Positions 9,986-20,545 of a stretch of DNA of 64,000 bases are shown here, one piece after another. The position numbers and the translations under genes were made by a program. The stretch comes from a virus (lineage: Duplodnaviria; Caudoviricetes). The notes beneath the pieces are model-generated. The model ran no database searches, was not told the DNA's origin, and was given only the letters and a program-made list of their open reading frames with translations. The DNA lies in IMG/VR virus record IMGVR_UViG_3300007169_000667, positions 26,421 through 90,420 of that record; one strand, written 5' to 3'. The stretch's first letter is position 1. Each line of letters starts with the position of its first letter.

Positions 9986-10003
9986 ATTAATCTTGTATAT
10001 TTG
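9974..10003 (+). promoter_or_regulatory. Bacteroidota primary-sigma promoter for the ejection-protein operon
   Basis: TTG (9974-9976), 19 nt, TATATTTG (9996-10003); matches the -33/-7 consensus. Confidence 0.7.
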
Positions 10004-10066
10004 TATAACTAGCTTATTTCCAAGCAGTTATTAACATACTAAGTTAATAACATTAATCATTAAAAC

Positions 10067-12388
10067 ATGTTAAGAAGCAATCTTTTTAAGAGATTTGGTA
10101 CAGGGGGTATGAATGAACCTGTAGACAAGGTATCTGGAGCTGGCTTAGAGCCTGTTCAGGACTATCCTACTATTGAGGAAATAGCAAATAAAATTAAACC
10201 TATTACTCCTAGCATGATGGGAGTAGGGACTCCTAAAACAAAAGAAGAATATGAGAAGAGATATGGTAAACTAGAAATCTCTCCAGAATCTTTTGATCAG
10301 TCTTTTGACTTTGGCATCGTAGATCGTCAAGGTGTAGGCGATAGAATGGCTAACAATATTCTTAATCAAGAACAAACATTAAACGCAACCGAGTACTTCA
10401 CTTCTACTCCTGAGAGTGTGCAAAAAGCACAGGATATAAGTAATGAAGTAGCATCTCAATTTGATCCTCAGAAACAGTTTAAGTTTCCTAAGTTAGGAAA
10501 AGATTTAGGAGAAGGGATAGGTTTAGGTTTGCTTGGAGTAGATACAGCTTTGGCCTATAATCAAGACTTAGCAAACCGAGAAAAATTAACACAATCAATT
10601 CAACAAAGAAACTCCAAACCTCTCTATGACTACAATTATATGTATGGCCGTACTACTAGTGGAGGAACAGAGTATCAACCTGTAATTAAAGCCGAAATGG
10701 GTGCAAAAATAAATAAACGTTATGCTAGTGAAGGCATGAACGATGTAGAAATTGAAGGAGGAGAGTTTATCCAACTTCCTAACTTTGACACAGAGTTGGC
10801 TGAAGGACCTTCTCACGCTAATGGGGGTATTCCTACAAACCTTCCTGATGAGACTCGTGTATACTCTAATAACTTAAAGCCAGAAGGTTCTAAGAAAACT
10901 TTTGCTCAGATTGCTAAGAACTACGATATTACTTCTTATAAAAAGACTTTAGAGAATCCTTTTGCTAAACAAGTAGATAAGGATACCGCTAATCTTATGA
11001 TGCAACGTAATCAAAAGATTCTTGATGATTTATTTAGAGATCAACAGATTATGAATGGTAACTCTAATGGAGAGGTAATGGCTAAGAATGGCGCAGGTAT
11101 TGATAACCCAGGATTTAAAGCATTGCCTGGTTATGTACAAGCTAAGATTACTGCTAATATGGCTAACGGAGGTAATCCTCCTTCTAAAGCAGGTATCCCA
11201 AAAAACTTACAAGAGTATGTAAACTGGGACCCTCAAGCAGGAGGCGGTAAAGGTGCTTGGAGATTAGAAGTTCCCGAAGGTCTTCCTTCTTCTAAGTTAA
11301 GAGAAATTGCTGCAGCCGCCAATATTCAAGGATATAAGAATCTAGTACAGACAGCTAATCCTCGTTTAAAAGGACAATCTGCTCCTGGATATGAAGGGTA
11401 CTATGCAGGTCTAACTCCACAGGATTACGAAAGAAGATTAGTAGAGGAAGAGTTGGGTATGGAAGAAGCTGCTAAGTTAGACGAGTTAGGAATGCGTAAA
11501 AAAGCATTTGAGCTAATAGGCATTAATCCTAATGATTATAACATAGAAGATCCTAAAGCATTATATAATAGTAAAGATTTTAGAGAAAAGTTTTATAAAG
11601 GATTTACAAAGTATCTACCAGAGGCACAGTTTCGTCCAGATTTAAAAGATGATTTTAAGTTTGGCTTTGAGCATTACGATGCTATCAAAAAGAAAACTCC
11701 TCCTACTACTCCAGAGACTCCTCCAGGAAAAGGTGTTCCTCCCAATACTCCTACCTATAATGTCCCTCCTGGAGGAAACCAAGGACAATATATCCGTGGA
11801 GAATTTCCTTTATATCAAGCTATCCCTGAAGCATTTGGGTTAGCTCAGGCACAAGAAATTTACCCATACGCTATTCCTGAAGTAGATGCTCCCTATGTAC
11901 GTCCTCAAACTCTAAACATTCAAAGTGAGTTACAAGATATTGATAACATGGGATCAGCAAGTGTAAGAGCTGGAGCAAATCCTCTAGATGTTTACATTGC
12001 AGGATTGGATGCTAAACAGAAGGCTTTCCAGACTAAACAAAATTATGATGCTGAAGGTCGTTCTAGAGCTGATTTGACTAATGCACAGATGAGACAAACT
12101 GCCGACTTATACAATGCGCAATACTTTGATAAAGTTTATAATGATTTAATTGGATCTGCAAGAGATGCACAATCGGCAGAAAAGATGTCAGCTATTGCTA
12201 GTCTAACAAATAAAAAAGGTATGTTTGATCAAGAAGAGAATCTTAAAGATGCATACATTACAAACTTAATCAGTAACTTTGATGTAGACTCTACAGGTAA
12301 ATTTGTTTTAAAACCCTCAGGAAACTTCTCGTATAGTACACCCCCAGCTACAGCTAAGAAGGGTATGTATAAAAAATCTAAAAAATAA
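10067..12388 (+). CDS. Ejection/cargo protein (crAss-like)
   Basis: 773 aa; EIEGGE...GPSHANGGIP motif typical of crAss-like cargo proteins; short hydrophobic stretch GEGIGLGLLGVDTALAY; several GG-type motifs; no Cys seen. Confidence 0.6.
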   Translation: MLRSNLFKRFGTGGMNEPVDKVSGAGLEPVQDYPTIEEIANKIKPITPSMMGVGTPKTKEEYEKRYGKLEISPESFDQSFDFGIVDRQGVGDRMANNILNQEQTLNATEYFTSTPESVQKAQDISNEVASQFDPQKQFKFPKLGKDLGEGIGLGLLGVDTALAYNQDLANREKLTQSIQQRNSKPLYDYNYMYGRTTSGGTEYQPVIKAEMGAKINKRYASEGMNDVEIEGGEFIQLPNFDTELAEGPSHANGGIPTNLPDETRVYSNNLKPEGSKKTFAQIAKNYDITSYKKTLENPFAKQVDKDTANLMMQRNQKILDDLFRDQQIMNGNSNGEVMAKNGAGIDNPGFKALPGYVQAKITANMANGGNPPSKAGIPKNLQEYVNWDPQAGGGKGAWRLEVPEGLPSSKLREIAAAANIQGYKNLVQTANPRLKGQSAPGYEGYYAGLTPQDYERRLVEEELGMEEAAKLDELGMRKKAFELIGINPNDYNIEDPKALYNSKDFREKFYKGFTKYLPEAQFRPDLKDDFKFGFEHYDAIKKKTPPTTPETPPGKGVPPNTPTYNVPPGGNQGQYIRGEFPLYQAIPEAFGLAQAQEIYPYAIPEVDAPYVRPQTLNIQSELQDIDNMGSASVRAGANPLDVYIAGLDAKQKAFQTKQNYDAEGRSRADLTNAQMRQTADLYNAQYFDKVYNDLIGSARDAQSAEKMSAIASLTNKKGMFDQEENLKDAYITNLISNFDVDSTGKFVLKPSGNFSYSTPPATAKKGMYKKSKK

Positions 12389-12393
12389 AAACT

Positions 12394-14073
12394 ATGCCAA
12401 TAGGAGCAAGACATACAAAATTTGAGTATCCCGAATACATCTCTCCTTTTCCAGCAGACGAGTTAATTAAACTTGCTGTTAAGAAACAAGAGATGTATGA
12501 CGAAGGTAGAAGCTTAGTACAAAAACAGATAGATACCTATGGTCAAATTCGTAATCAACTAGTAAAAGATCAAGACAAAGAATACTTTGACAAATCTATG
12601 AGTGGATTAGTTAAAGCAATTAATTCTAGTGCAGGCTTAGACTTTTCTAATAAGTCTAATGTACAAGCTGTTTTAGGAATAGGGAAACCTTTTGAGAATG
12701 ACCCTAACTTAATTAACGCTGTAAACTCTTCTAAGAACTACAGTAAGATGATGGAAGATTATAAGAAGTTAGATCCTAAACTTAAATCTCCTGTAAACGA
12801 TCATTTCTATTTTAAGGGGATTAGATCTTGGATGGAAGATCCTAATGTAGGTGCTCAGTTAAATTATAGTGCTTATAAACCTTATGCAGAAGGGACGGTA
12901 AAAAAATGGTCTGAAGTATCAAAAGATCTTAAGCCCAATATTGAAACTGTATATGAACAATCTCCTGATGGACGTTGGATTACTAAACAAAAAATTTCTG
13001 GAGTAGATCAGGATCGTTTTATGAAGGCTTATAGGTCTATATTAACTCCCCAGGAAGAAGAGCAACTTCAGATGGATGCTGCATATAACCTGGAGATTAG
13101 AGGTAAAGAAAATGTGTTTAACCAGTGGCAACAATCTCAACAAAACAACTTAAATGCTTACGATAATAGAGTAAATGAGTTAGAGGGTAGATATAAACAA
13201 GCGGTGAATAAATTGGGTGAAAATGATCCTACGACTTTAAGAATTGATGCGGAACTTAAAAAAACTCGGATGTATAGAAATGCTACTGCAGATAAACTTA
13301 ATCAGAGTTCAGAAACAATTAATCAAAATGAGTTAGTGTCTTATTTAGTAGACGACCAAATATTCAATGCTGCAGAAGGATATGCCTACAAACAGATTGA
13401 AAGTGATCTTGAAGAAAATAAATACACATTAGAAGCATATAAGAGTTCTTTAAGTATCGGAGAGTATCAAGCTAAGGCTCAAGTAGATATTCAGAAAGCT
13501 GCCTTATTGGATCAAATGGGATTAAGTACTTCTGCTGATGGATCTTCTAGCAAGAAGCAAGGAACACCTGTAGGATTTATGCCTGCAAAGGACAGCGATT
13601 TAAATCCAGAAAACTTTAATGTATATCAAGACTTTAGTACAATGCAAAATCTTAGTGCTGAAGACAACAGAGTTCTTAATGAAGGTATAAGTAATTTAGG
13701 AGGATATAAATTATCACCAGATGGAAAAACCTTAGTTGCAAACTATACTACAAATAAAGATGGTAGTATAAAAAGAAATTCTACTGTTGCAGATGTTTTA
13801 AAGATAGCACAGGCTGAAAATAATGTTGATACTCCAGGTACTACAAAGTTAGATATAGTATTAGGTAAGAATAGAGAATTGTATCTACATAAACTTAAAG
13901 GTCTACTTATGAGTCTATCAGGGGAAGATGTTAGTCCAGAACAAACTATTCAATACACTGTTTCAGATGGGACTAAAAACTATATTCGTAAACAAAGAGT
14001 TAAAGACTTTTTAAACGAAAATGCAAGTGCTATCTTACCTCACATTAATCAAATTGGTAAACTTACCAAATAA
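12394..14073 (+). CDS. Ejection protein
   Basis: 559 aa, helical, no Cys; YISPFP N-terminus; lies between the cargo gene and the giant genes. Confidence 0.5.
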   Translation: MPIGARHTKFEYPEYISPFPADELIKLAVKKQEMYDEGRSLVQKQIDTYGQIRNQLVKDQDKEYFDKSMSGLVKAINSSAGLDFSNKSNVQAVLGIGKPFENDPNLINAVNSSKNYSKMMEDYKKLDPKLKSPVNDHFYFKGIRSWMEDPNVGAQLNYSAYKPYAEGTVKKWSEVSKDLKPNIETVYEQSPDGRWITKQKISGVDQDRFMKAYRSILTPQEEEQLQMDAAYNLEIRGKENVFNQWQQSQQNNLNAYDNRVNELEGRYKQAVNKLGENDPTTLRIDAELKKTRMYRNATADKLNQSSETINQNELVSYLVDDQIFNAAEGYAYKQIESDLEENKYTLEAYKSSLSIGEYQAKAQVDIQKAALLDQMGLSTSADGSSSKKQGTPVGFMPAKDSDLNPENFNVYQDFSTMQNLSAEDNRVLNEGISNLGGYKLSPDGKTLVANYTTNKDGSIKRNSTVADVLKIAQAENNVDTPGTTKLDIVLGKNRELYLHKLKGLLMSLSGEDVSPEQTIQYTVSDGTKNYIRKQRVKDFLNENASAILPHINQIGKLTK

Positions 14074-14087
14074 TAATATAAATACTT

Positions 14088-17000
14088 ATGCCATCTGGTA
14101 ATCTTGGATTTAATCCCTTCTATGGAACAAAAGACTTAACTGTAGCTGCAGATAGACAACTTAATTCTGAAAGAGGTTTACAGTCTTTTGAAACTACGTT
14201 ACGCAAAGGCGCTATTGCTGATCAAAACTATCAGAATAAATTAGTAGAAGAAAATAGAAACTTAAAATTAAATTCTTTAAAGAGTCTGTATATGCAGGCT
14301 TATGATAATCCAATTTTAGCAGAGAAGTCTGCTGCTTCAATGTTTAGTCGTATAGAAGGAGCAAGAGATAAAAATTCTATTAATGCTATTCATCAAGAGC
14401 TAGAATCAATTAGAGAAAAAGCAGAAGATAATAAGTATTTGTTTGATGTTGCAGAGTTGGGAGACTCTTTACTTAACTGGTATGGCAGAGCTCGTGGTGT
14501 AGTTGAGGGTAAAGACAAATTACTTAAGTCTAAAGATATAGATTTAAATGAGTCTACTAAGTGGTTAACACCATCTGATCTCGTTACTAATATTAAATCC
14601 CATATAAATGAGATTGATTACAAATCTTTTGGTGTTAATCTTTTAAATAGTTACGGGAGTCCGGATGAGTTAAACAAAAAGCTAAAACAAAGTCTAGCTT
14701 CTCCTGTTGCTCAGAATGCTTTTGATGACTTATTAACGACTAAGTTACAAGATAATTTTATCACAAGAGGGAATGACTTCTATCGAGAAGGACCAGAAGC
14801 TAAACAGTTTCAACAACAAGCTTTAAATTCACTTAAAAATCCTGATGACCTTGCTAAGAAGTACTTTAAATATGATTTAGAGAACGAAACTATTGGTTCT
14901 TTACGTTCCGCAATTAGTTCAAAACTTACAGAACTTATAGTCTCTCCTAAATCAAAAGATGAGTCAGTAAACAAAGAGAATGATCGTTTAATTACTTCTT
15001 ATAGACAGTCTCTAGAGTTATTAGACAAACGCCAAAAAGAGAACGCTAAGATTTATGGAGTTAATAAATACGAACCTGATTATGAAAGATTAGGAGGAAA
15101 AGGCAGAGGAGGAACTGCAAATTCTTTACTTTCAGGAGTAGTAGATTTATCAAATGCCTTTAGTAGTAGGAGTGACTTTGAGGGAACTATTTATAAGAAA
15201 GCATTGTATGCTCCTGAAGTAATTTCTTATACACCTGATGGTAAGCCAGTAATGTCTAATCAGTTTATGTATGAGAAAGAAGATGGTTCTACTGGTTTTA
15301 ATTTTGGAGCAATACCTGAGGCAGGTGCTGCTATGATAAGTCAAATGTTACCTATTCTTTCTGTAGGATCTGTGGTAGGAGGAGTAGTAGGAGGAGCTGC
15401 AAAAAGTATTGATGCAGCTGCTAAGTTAGCAGAAGGATATTCTACCTTAAATAAAGTATCTGCATTTGGTAAAGAACTTCGAATGGCTGATAGACTCTCT
15501 ACTTTTGCAACAGTTACTGCTGGTACCTTACCTACAATGATTGCAGAAGAAAAAAAGTGGGGAGGCAACTATTTTAAAAGAGCACTAGCTAAAGCATCAG
15601 TAGAAGGTTTGACTGAGGGTATTGGATTCCCTGACGTTGGGGCTTTAAAGTTTAAACCTTTTCAAGCAGATCTAGCTACTTCAGCAAAACGAGCAGCAGG
15701 AATTGAACTTAAGTTTACTGACAATGCTAGAAACTTCTTTAATTCTGCTGGACAATTTGGAGTTATTGGACTTAAACAAAACGCAGTAGAAGCACTAGAA
15801 GAAGAGCTTTCATTACTAGGAAATGCTTTTTTAGAGACTACACTCATGCCTGAAGAGTTTGTAGGTAGAGATAAAACAGAAATAACTGGTGAGAGTATGC
15901 TTGATACTTTTGTTGAGTCTTTTGCAGCAGGCGCTATCTACTCAGGGTTTACAACTGGATTTCAAGGATATGCCGCAGGTAATAAGTCGCATGTTCAGAA
16001 TCAAGCAGACTGGGAAGCAGCAAATAATCCAGAGCTATTTAAAGCTAAGTTAAAACAGCTTAATGAAAAAGGTAGTATTTCTGACCAACAATATGCTCAA
16101 GCTGTACTAGATGTTAATAGGAAGTCAGCTGTTTTAAATGGTTTGTTTGGTTTTGATAGCATTAGAGATGCTAAGACATTGTTAGAAGACAAAGATGAAC
16201 AGTACAACTATTTTATTAATCATCTAAGAGCTGACGAACTAGTTGATATTAATTACGATGCCCTAACTGATCAAGAGAAGCAAATATTTGCAACTAGAAA
16301 ACTTGCAGATAAAATAGACTCTAAAGGAAGAGCTAGAATGGATGAGATTAGAAAAGAACTTGTGGGTCTGTATAAAGAAGAGTTGACCGTAGAGAATGAT
16401 AAAAAAATTAAAGATCTGTCAAAAGAATACTATGCTATCCGAAGAGCTAACATAAAAACAATAAATAAAAAAGATTTAACAGCAGAAGAAGAAAAGTTTT
16501 TAAAAGAAAAAGGAATTATAGGCGAGAAAGACTTTGAATATACTCAAGCAGACATTGATGCTGAGTTATCTAAGGTTACTACTGATATTTTAAAGACCCA
16601 GAAGAGAATAGAAAAGTATGCTAATTTATCTGAAGAAGAGAAAGCTAAAGTTATTTCTAATGCCTACGATGAAAAAATAGCTAGTCTTGATCAGATTACG
16701 GATCCACAGGAACTTATACAATCTAGAGTAAATGTACAAAGAGATCTAGATTATCTTAAACTTAAAGGAAACTATAAGGATAAAGCACAGATTGCAAACA
16801 GAGAACGTTTGCTAGATGCTTATGGAGAAAGATTTGATCAACTTACAAATCAAAGGGACGAATCTGGAAGAAACTTTTTAGAACAGTCTATAGAGAATAT
16901 AGACTATGATACCTTAGAAAATACTTTGGATCTTTATGGTATTACTAAGCTTCGTAATCAGATAGAAGATAATTCTGATTTTATTAATCAGGAGATGGCA

Positions 17001-20000
17001 CTTACAGCAGACGAAAACTTAGCTGCAAGTCAAGTACGGATTCTAGAAAAACTTCTTACTGCTACTCCAGAAGAACGCCAATCAGCATTAGCTGTTTTCT
17101 TAGACAATGTTGCACCTAAAAATGCAATGTATGCTTACAATGTAGAAGCTTTAAATAAACAATTTCCTGGTATAAAATTTACTGTAGAAGAATTAGATAT
17201 AGCCAGAGAAGCTTTAATTCAAAGAAGATCGGAAATGAAAGCACAGGAAATTGCTGGTCAACCTGTAACTGAAGAAGGATTAACTGACGAAGAAAATGCA
17301 GATGTAGAAGAATTTTCTTCAATGGTTAATACTGCAAGTACTCCTTCTACTCCCTCTAATACTCCTGCTTCTTCTACCACTTCTTCTCCTACCCAACCTA
17401 TAGATGAGTCGGGTAAATCTCAAACTAAATTAACTTTTAAAGAGGGATATGCTAAGCAAGTAGGCGACTATAAGAAAAAGTATCCCACAGATTATATAAA
17501 TAAATTTAAAGAATTTTTAGTTAATATAGTAGCAAGAAAGTTCGGTAGAGGAACAAGAGACTTTGACTACATTGTTGGTCTTGTAAATAGTCTCTTTAAC
17601 AAGAGTATTACTATTTCTCAGTTTGAACAAAGTATAGCTAGTATGGCTGATATCATATCTAAAGATATTGCAGCTAGAAAAAGAAATAAAACAAACTCTG
17701 ATACAGCAGAAAATAAACTTGCTTCATTGAACGCTGTATCATACTTTGCTAAAAGATTTGTACGAGAAGAGTTACCTACTACTGCTGCTTCTGCACCTGT
17801 AGTAGCTGCTACACCCGTAGCAAATCCTTTGCCAGCAAATCTAAATACAGAAACTAAAAATAAAGCTTTAGATGCCCAACTTGCTCGAAGAGAAGCAAGA
17901 TTATTAGAATTAAATTCTCCCTTAAGGAGTGCAGCAATAGAGTTTGACAGTAAAGATGTACGAAGAACAGATCCTGCAGAAGTAAGAAATGCTAAAGCAA
18001 TTGAGTCACTTGGTGGTCCAGGTGCTCAAATTAGAATACAGAGTAGAAAAGGAACAGCAATGGTATTCCTAGCTATGAAGTATCCCGATAAAACAGAAGA
18101 GCAAATAGATGAAGATTTTCGTAGAATAGAGTCAATTTTTGAGAATAACTCTATGACTATAGAACAATGGAATGCTTTAACTAGGGAACAACAAGATGCT
18201 ATATTAGCCCCAATGCACGAGCTTTTAGGAGAAGAATACTTTGATAGGTCTACCTTGGGATACTTTATAGTTAACAAAGGAGATGGATTCACAGTTAACT
18301 CTGCTGTTATGATTACTGCTCCTAATCAAGAAGAAGGTTCTTTATCTCTATTTGATGGGTATCCTCTACAATTAAACTTAACCAAACTTGTCTCTAAGGG
18401 TAAAGATGTAGTTTTCCCAGAAGAACATAGTAAGACTTTACAGGATGTAAAAAGGTTAAGAACATTTTTAACTGAAAATCCTTATTCTTTTGTTGATACA
18501 GAGTTTAGTGTGTCTGAAGGAGTATTACCTAAATCCGCTAGTCAAAAGAAAGCAGCTGAGATAGAAAACGAAACCATTGCACAATCTAATGCTAGTGACT
18601 TTGAGATTGCAGACTCAGAAGGTCAGGAAATTTTTGGTAAGACTTTTAAGTTTAACTTAGGTCGTATATACTTTAATAACAATGGTAATCCCGTTATTCT
18701 AGGCAATACTAATATACAAGAGCAAGAGGCAGAGGCAATAGCAGAAATGATATTCTCTGAAACAATTCCTAGTGACTTTGTAGATCAGGCTGGATTAGAA
18801 AAGTATTTGTTTAGTCTTATTAACATTATAGATAAGAAGAATCGGGTACATTTTTTTCCTAATAATAATTATCCAAGTAAGTCCGAAGCAGTAGAGTACC
18901 CACTTACTGTTGTTCAGACTACCTATGTAAACGGTAAACCTGTTAATAAGATTTTGACCAAGGAAGAGTTCTTGGATTTCTTAAAGAAAAGTTTTTATAA
19001 AGCAGATCGTACTATATTACAAAATGGAGATCCTATGATACGAGTATCTTTGGTCGATGGTAAGATAGTAACAACTAAACAATCTTATTCTGACTATCTA
19101 AAAGATACACATACTTTTCCTGTGACAGCTGGGGGAGAACTTATTACACCAATAAATAAAGTAGTTTATCCTGATCAAAAAGAATTTGAGAAAAAAGTAC
19201 TCGAGGTTCTTCCTAAAACTCAGCCCACTCCTCCTCAAGTACAACCAAGTGTATCGAGTCCTAGTGTTTCTACTAGTACAAATCAACCTGAGGCAGTAGA
19301 TCTTCACCTAGTACAACATGCAAAACTTAAAGAAGTAGTAGAAAAAAATCCAATACTTAACAGTTTATTTAAAGGTGCTTATGACAATCTTACTCCAGAG
19401 TTATACGATCAACTGGTACAATTTATCTATGATAATCCAGGCAAAGTGACCTACAACTCTATAGAGTACACAGACTCTAGTAAAAGTGCTTACGGAATTG
19501 TTCCTTATACAACTGATAGTAATCCTATATTTATTTTTGTAGGCATACAATTACCAGGTAGAGAGAAGCCTTTTCCTCTAGTGATGTTAAGCAACGATGA
19601 TTTAGAAGTAAGAGGTATAGATAAAAAGTCTATCCAATTAACTATGCCTAAACAAAATACTGCTCCAGTTATTCCTACTGCTCCTACTCAAACTGTGATT
19701 TCTAAGACTGATTTTGAAAAAAGAAAACAAAAGGATGATGCCAAACCTTCTAGAGAATCTGTAAAATATAAACTTCAAAATAAAATAGCAGGTATAGATA
19801 ATCCTAAACCAGGAAATGAAGTAACTAATTTGTCTGAAGCTATAAAAATAGCTGGTGCTAAACTAGCTACTCCTATAGAAATTAATGAAGGAGAGATTAC
19901 TCATGTAATATTCGACCAAGAAGAGTCTAATTTTAGATTTACTTATAAGAAACAAAAATTTGCCGCATTTTATATAACTAATGTAAAAGGCAATGTCAGG

Positions 20001-20483
20001 TGGGAAATAGCAAAATTTAATGATAAGACAGGTACTTATCAGTCTATTAGCCTAGATGAATTAAAAAATATAAATGAAAAGTATGGCTCTCCAAAAGACT
20101 TGTTACTTAGTTTGGCTGCTAAACCTTTGATTCAAGATATTGAAAACTTTGAAAAAGTAGAATACTCTGAAAAAGATAAATCCTCTGCTAATGGTATTAT
20201 TCCTTTAGAAAATACTGTATCAGCAGAACAAGTAAGGTTGGGTAAAAAGTATGGTCAGACTTATACTTTGGAAGACTTTATCAAAGATTACGATGCAGAA
20301 CTAGCTGCCTCAGAACAATCTACACCTCCTAAGCAATCATTAGCAGACAGACTTAACAGTGTAAACGCAGGGGAGATGTTTGATCAAGATGATATAGACC
20401 AAGCAAAAAAAGCAAAAGAAGATTGTGCCGGATTAGATCGTGCTAAACAATTAAAAGAGATAAAAAAGAAACCTAAGTTGTAA
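14088..20483 (+). CDS. Giant ejection protein A
   Basis: 2131 aa; Gly/Ala-rich hydrophobic segments at about residues 410-440 and 610-630; coiled coils; S/T/P linkers; single Cys2113. Confidence 0.6.
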   Translation: MPSGNLGFNPFYGTKDLTVAADRQLNSERGLQSFETTLRKGAIADQNYQNKLVEENRNLKLNSLKSLYMQAYDNPILAEKSAASMFSRIEGARDKNSINAIHQELESIREKAEDNKYLFDVAELGDSLLNWYGRARGVVEGKDKLLKSKDIDLNESTKWLTPSDLVTNIKSHINEIDYKSFGVNLLNSYGSPDELNKKLKQSLASPVAQNAFDDLLTTKLQDNFITRGNDFYREGPEAKQFQQQALNSLKNPDDLAKKYFKYDLENETIGSLRSAISSKLTELIVSPKSKDESVNKENDRLITSYRQSLELLDKRQKENAKIYGVNKYEPDYERLGGKGRGGTANSLLSGVVDLSNAFSSRSDFEGTIYKKALYAPEVISYTPDGKPVMSNQFMYEKEDGSTGFNFGAIPEAGAAMISQMLPILSVGSVVGGVVGGAAKSIDAAAKLAEGYSTLNKVSAFGKELRMADRLSTFATVTAGTLPTMIAEEKKWGGNYFKRALAKASVEGLTEGIGFPDVGALKFKPFQADLATSAKRAAGIELKFTDNARNFFNSAGQFGVIGLKQNAVEALEEELSLLGNAFLETTLMPEEFVGRDKTEITGESMLDTFVESFAAGAIYSGFTTGFQGYAAGNKSHVQNQADWEAANNPELFKAKLKQLNEKGSISDQQYAQAVLDVNRKSAVLNGLFGFDSIRDAKTLLEDKDEQYNYFINHLRADELVDINYDALTDQEKQIFATRKLADKIDSKGRARMDEIRKELVGLYKEELTVENDKKIKDLSKEYYAIRRANIKTINKKDLTAEEEKFLKEKGIIGEKDFEYTQADIDAELSKVTTDILKTQKRIEKYANLSEEEKAKVISNAYDEKIASLDQITDPQELIQSRVNVQRDLDYLKLKGNYKDKAQIANRERLLDAYGERFDQLTNQRDESGRNFLEQSIENIDYDTLENTLDLYGITKLRNQIEDNSDFINQEMALTADENLAASQVRILEKLLTATPEERQSALAVFLDNVAPKNAMYAYNVEALNKQFPGIKFTVEELDIAREALIQRRSEMKAQEIAGQPVTEEGLTDEENADVEEFSSMVNTASTPSTPSNTPASSTTSSPTQPIDESGKSQTKLTFKEGYAKQVGDYKKKYPTDYINKFKEFLVNIVARKFGRGTRDFDYIVGLVNSLFNKSITISQFEQSIASMADIISKDIAARKRNKTNSDTAENKLASLNAVSYFAKRFVREELPTTAASAPVVAATPVANPLPANLNTETKNKALDAQLARREARLLELNSPLRSAAIEFDSKDVRRTDPAEVRNAKAIESLGGPGAQIRIQSRKGTAMVFLAMKYPDKTEEQIDEDFRRIESIFENNSMTIEQWNALTREQQDAILAPMHELLGEEYFDRSTLGYFIVNKGDGFTVNSAVMITAPNQEEGSLSLFDGYPLQLNLTKLVSKGKDVVFPEEHSKTLQDVKRLRTFLTENPYSFVDTEFSVSEGVLPKSASQKKAAEIENETIAQSNASDFEIADSEGQEIFGKTFKFNLGRIYFNNNGNPVILGNTNIQEQEAEAIAEMIFSETIPSDFVDQAGLEKYLFSLINIIDKKNRVHFFPNNNYPSKSEAVEYPLTVVQTTYVNGKPVNKILTKEEFLDFLKKSFYKADRTILQNGDPMIRVSLVDGKIVTTKQSYSDYLKDTHTFPVTAGGELITPINKVVYPDQKEFEKKVLEVLPKTQPTPPQVQPSVSSPSVSTSTNQPEAVDLHLVQHAKLKEVVEKNPILNSLFKGAYDNLTPELYDQLVQFIYDNPGKVTYNSIEYTDSSKSAYGIVPYTTDSNPIFIFVGIQLPGREKPFPLVMLSNDDLEVRGIDKKSIQLTMPKQNTAPVIPTAPTQTVISKTDFEKRKQKDDAKPSRESVKYKLQNKIAGIDNPKPGNEVTNLSEAIKIAGAKLATPIEINEGEITHVIFDQEESNFRFTYKKQKFAAFYITNVKGNVRWEIAKFNDKTGTYQSISLDELKNINEKYGSPKDLLLSLAAKPLIQDIENFEKVEYSEKDKSSANGIIPLENTVSAEQVRLGKKYGQTYTLEDFIKDYDAELAASEQSTPPKQSLADRLNSVNAGEMFDQDDIDQAKKAKEDCAGLDRAKQLKEIKKKPKL

Positions 20484-20509
20484 TTTTAGAGTATCTTAGT
20501 GTTACGTAT

Positions 20510-20517
20510 TATATTTG
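20510..20517 (+). promoter_or_regulatory. Putative -7 promoter element for the RNA polymerase gene
   Basis: TATATTTG in the 62-nt intergenic gap; no TTG at the -33 spacing. Confidence 0.45.
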
Positions 20518-20545
20518 TTAAAACTAATTATAAAATAAAACTAGA

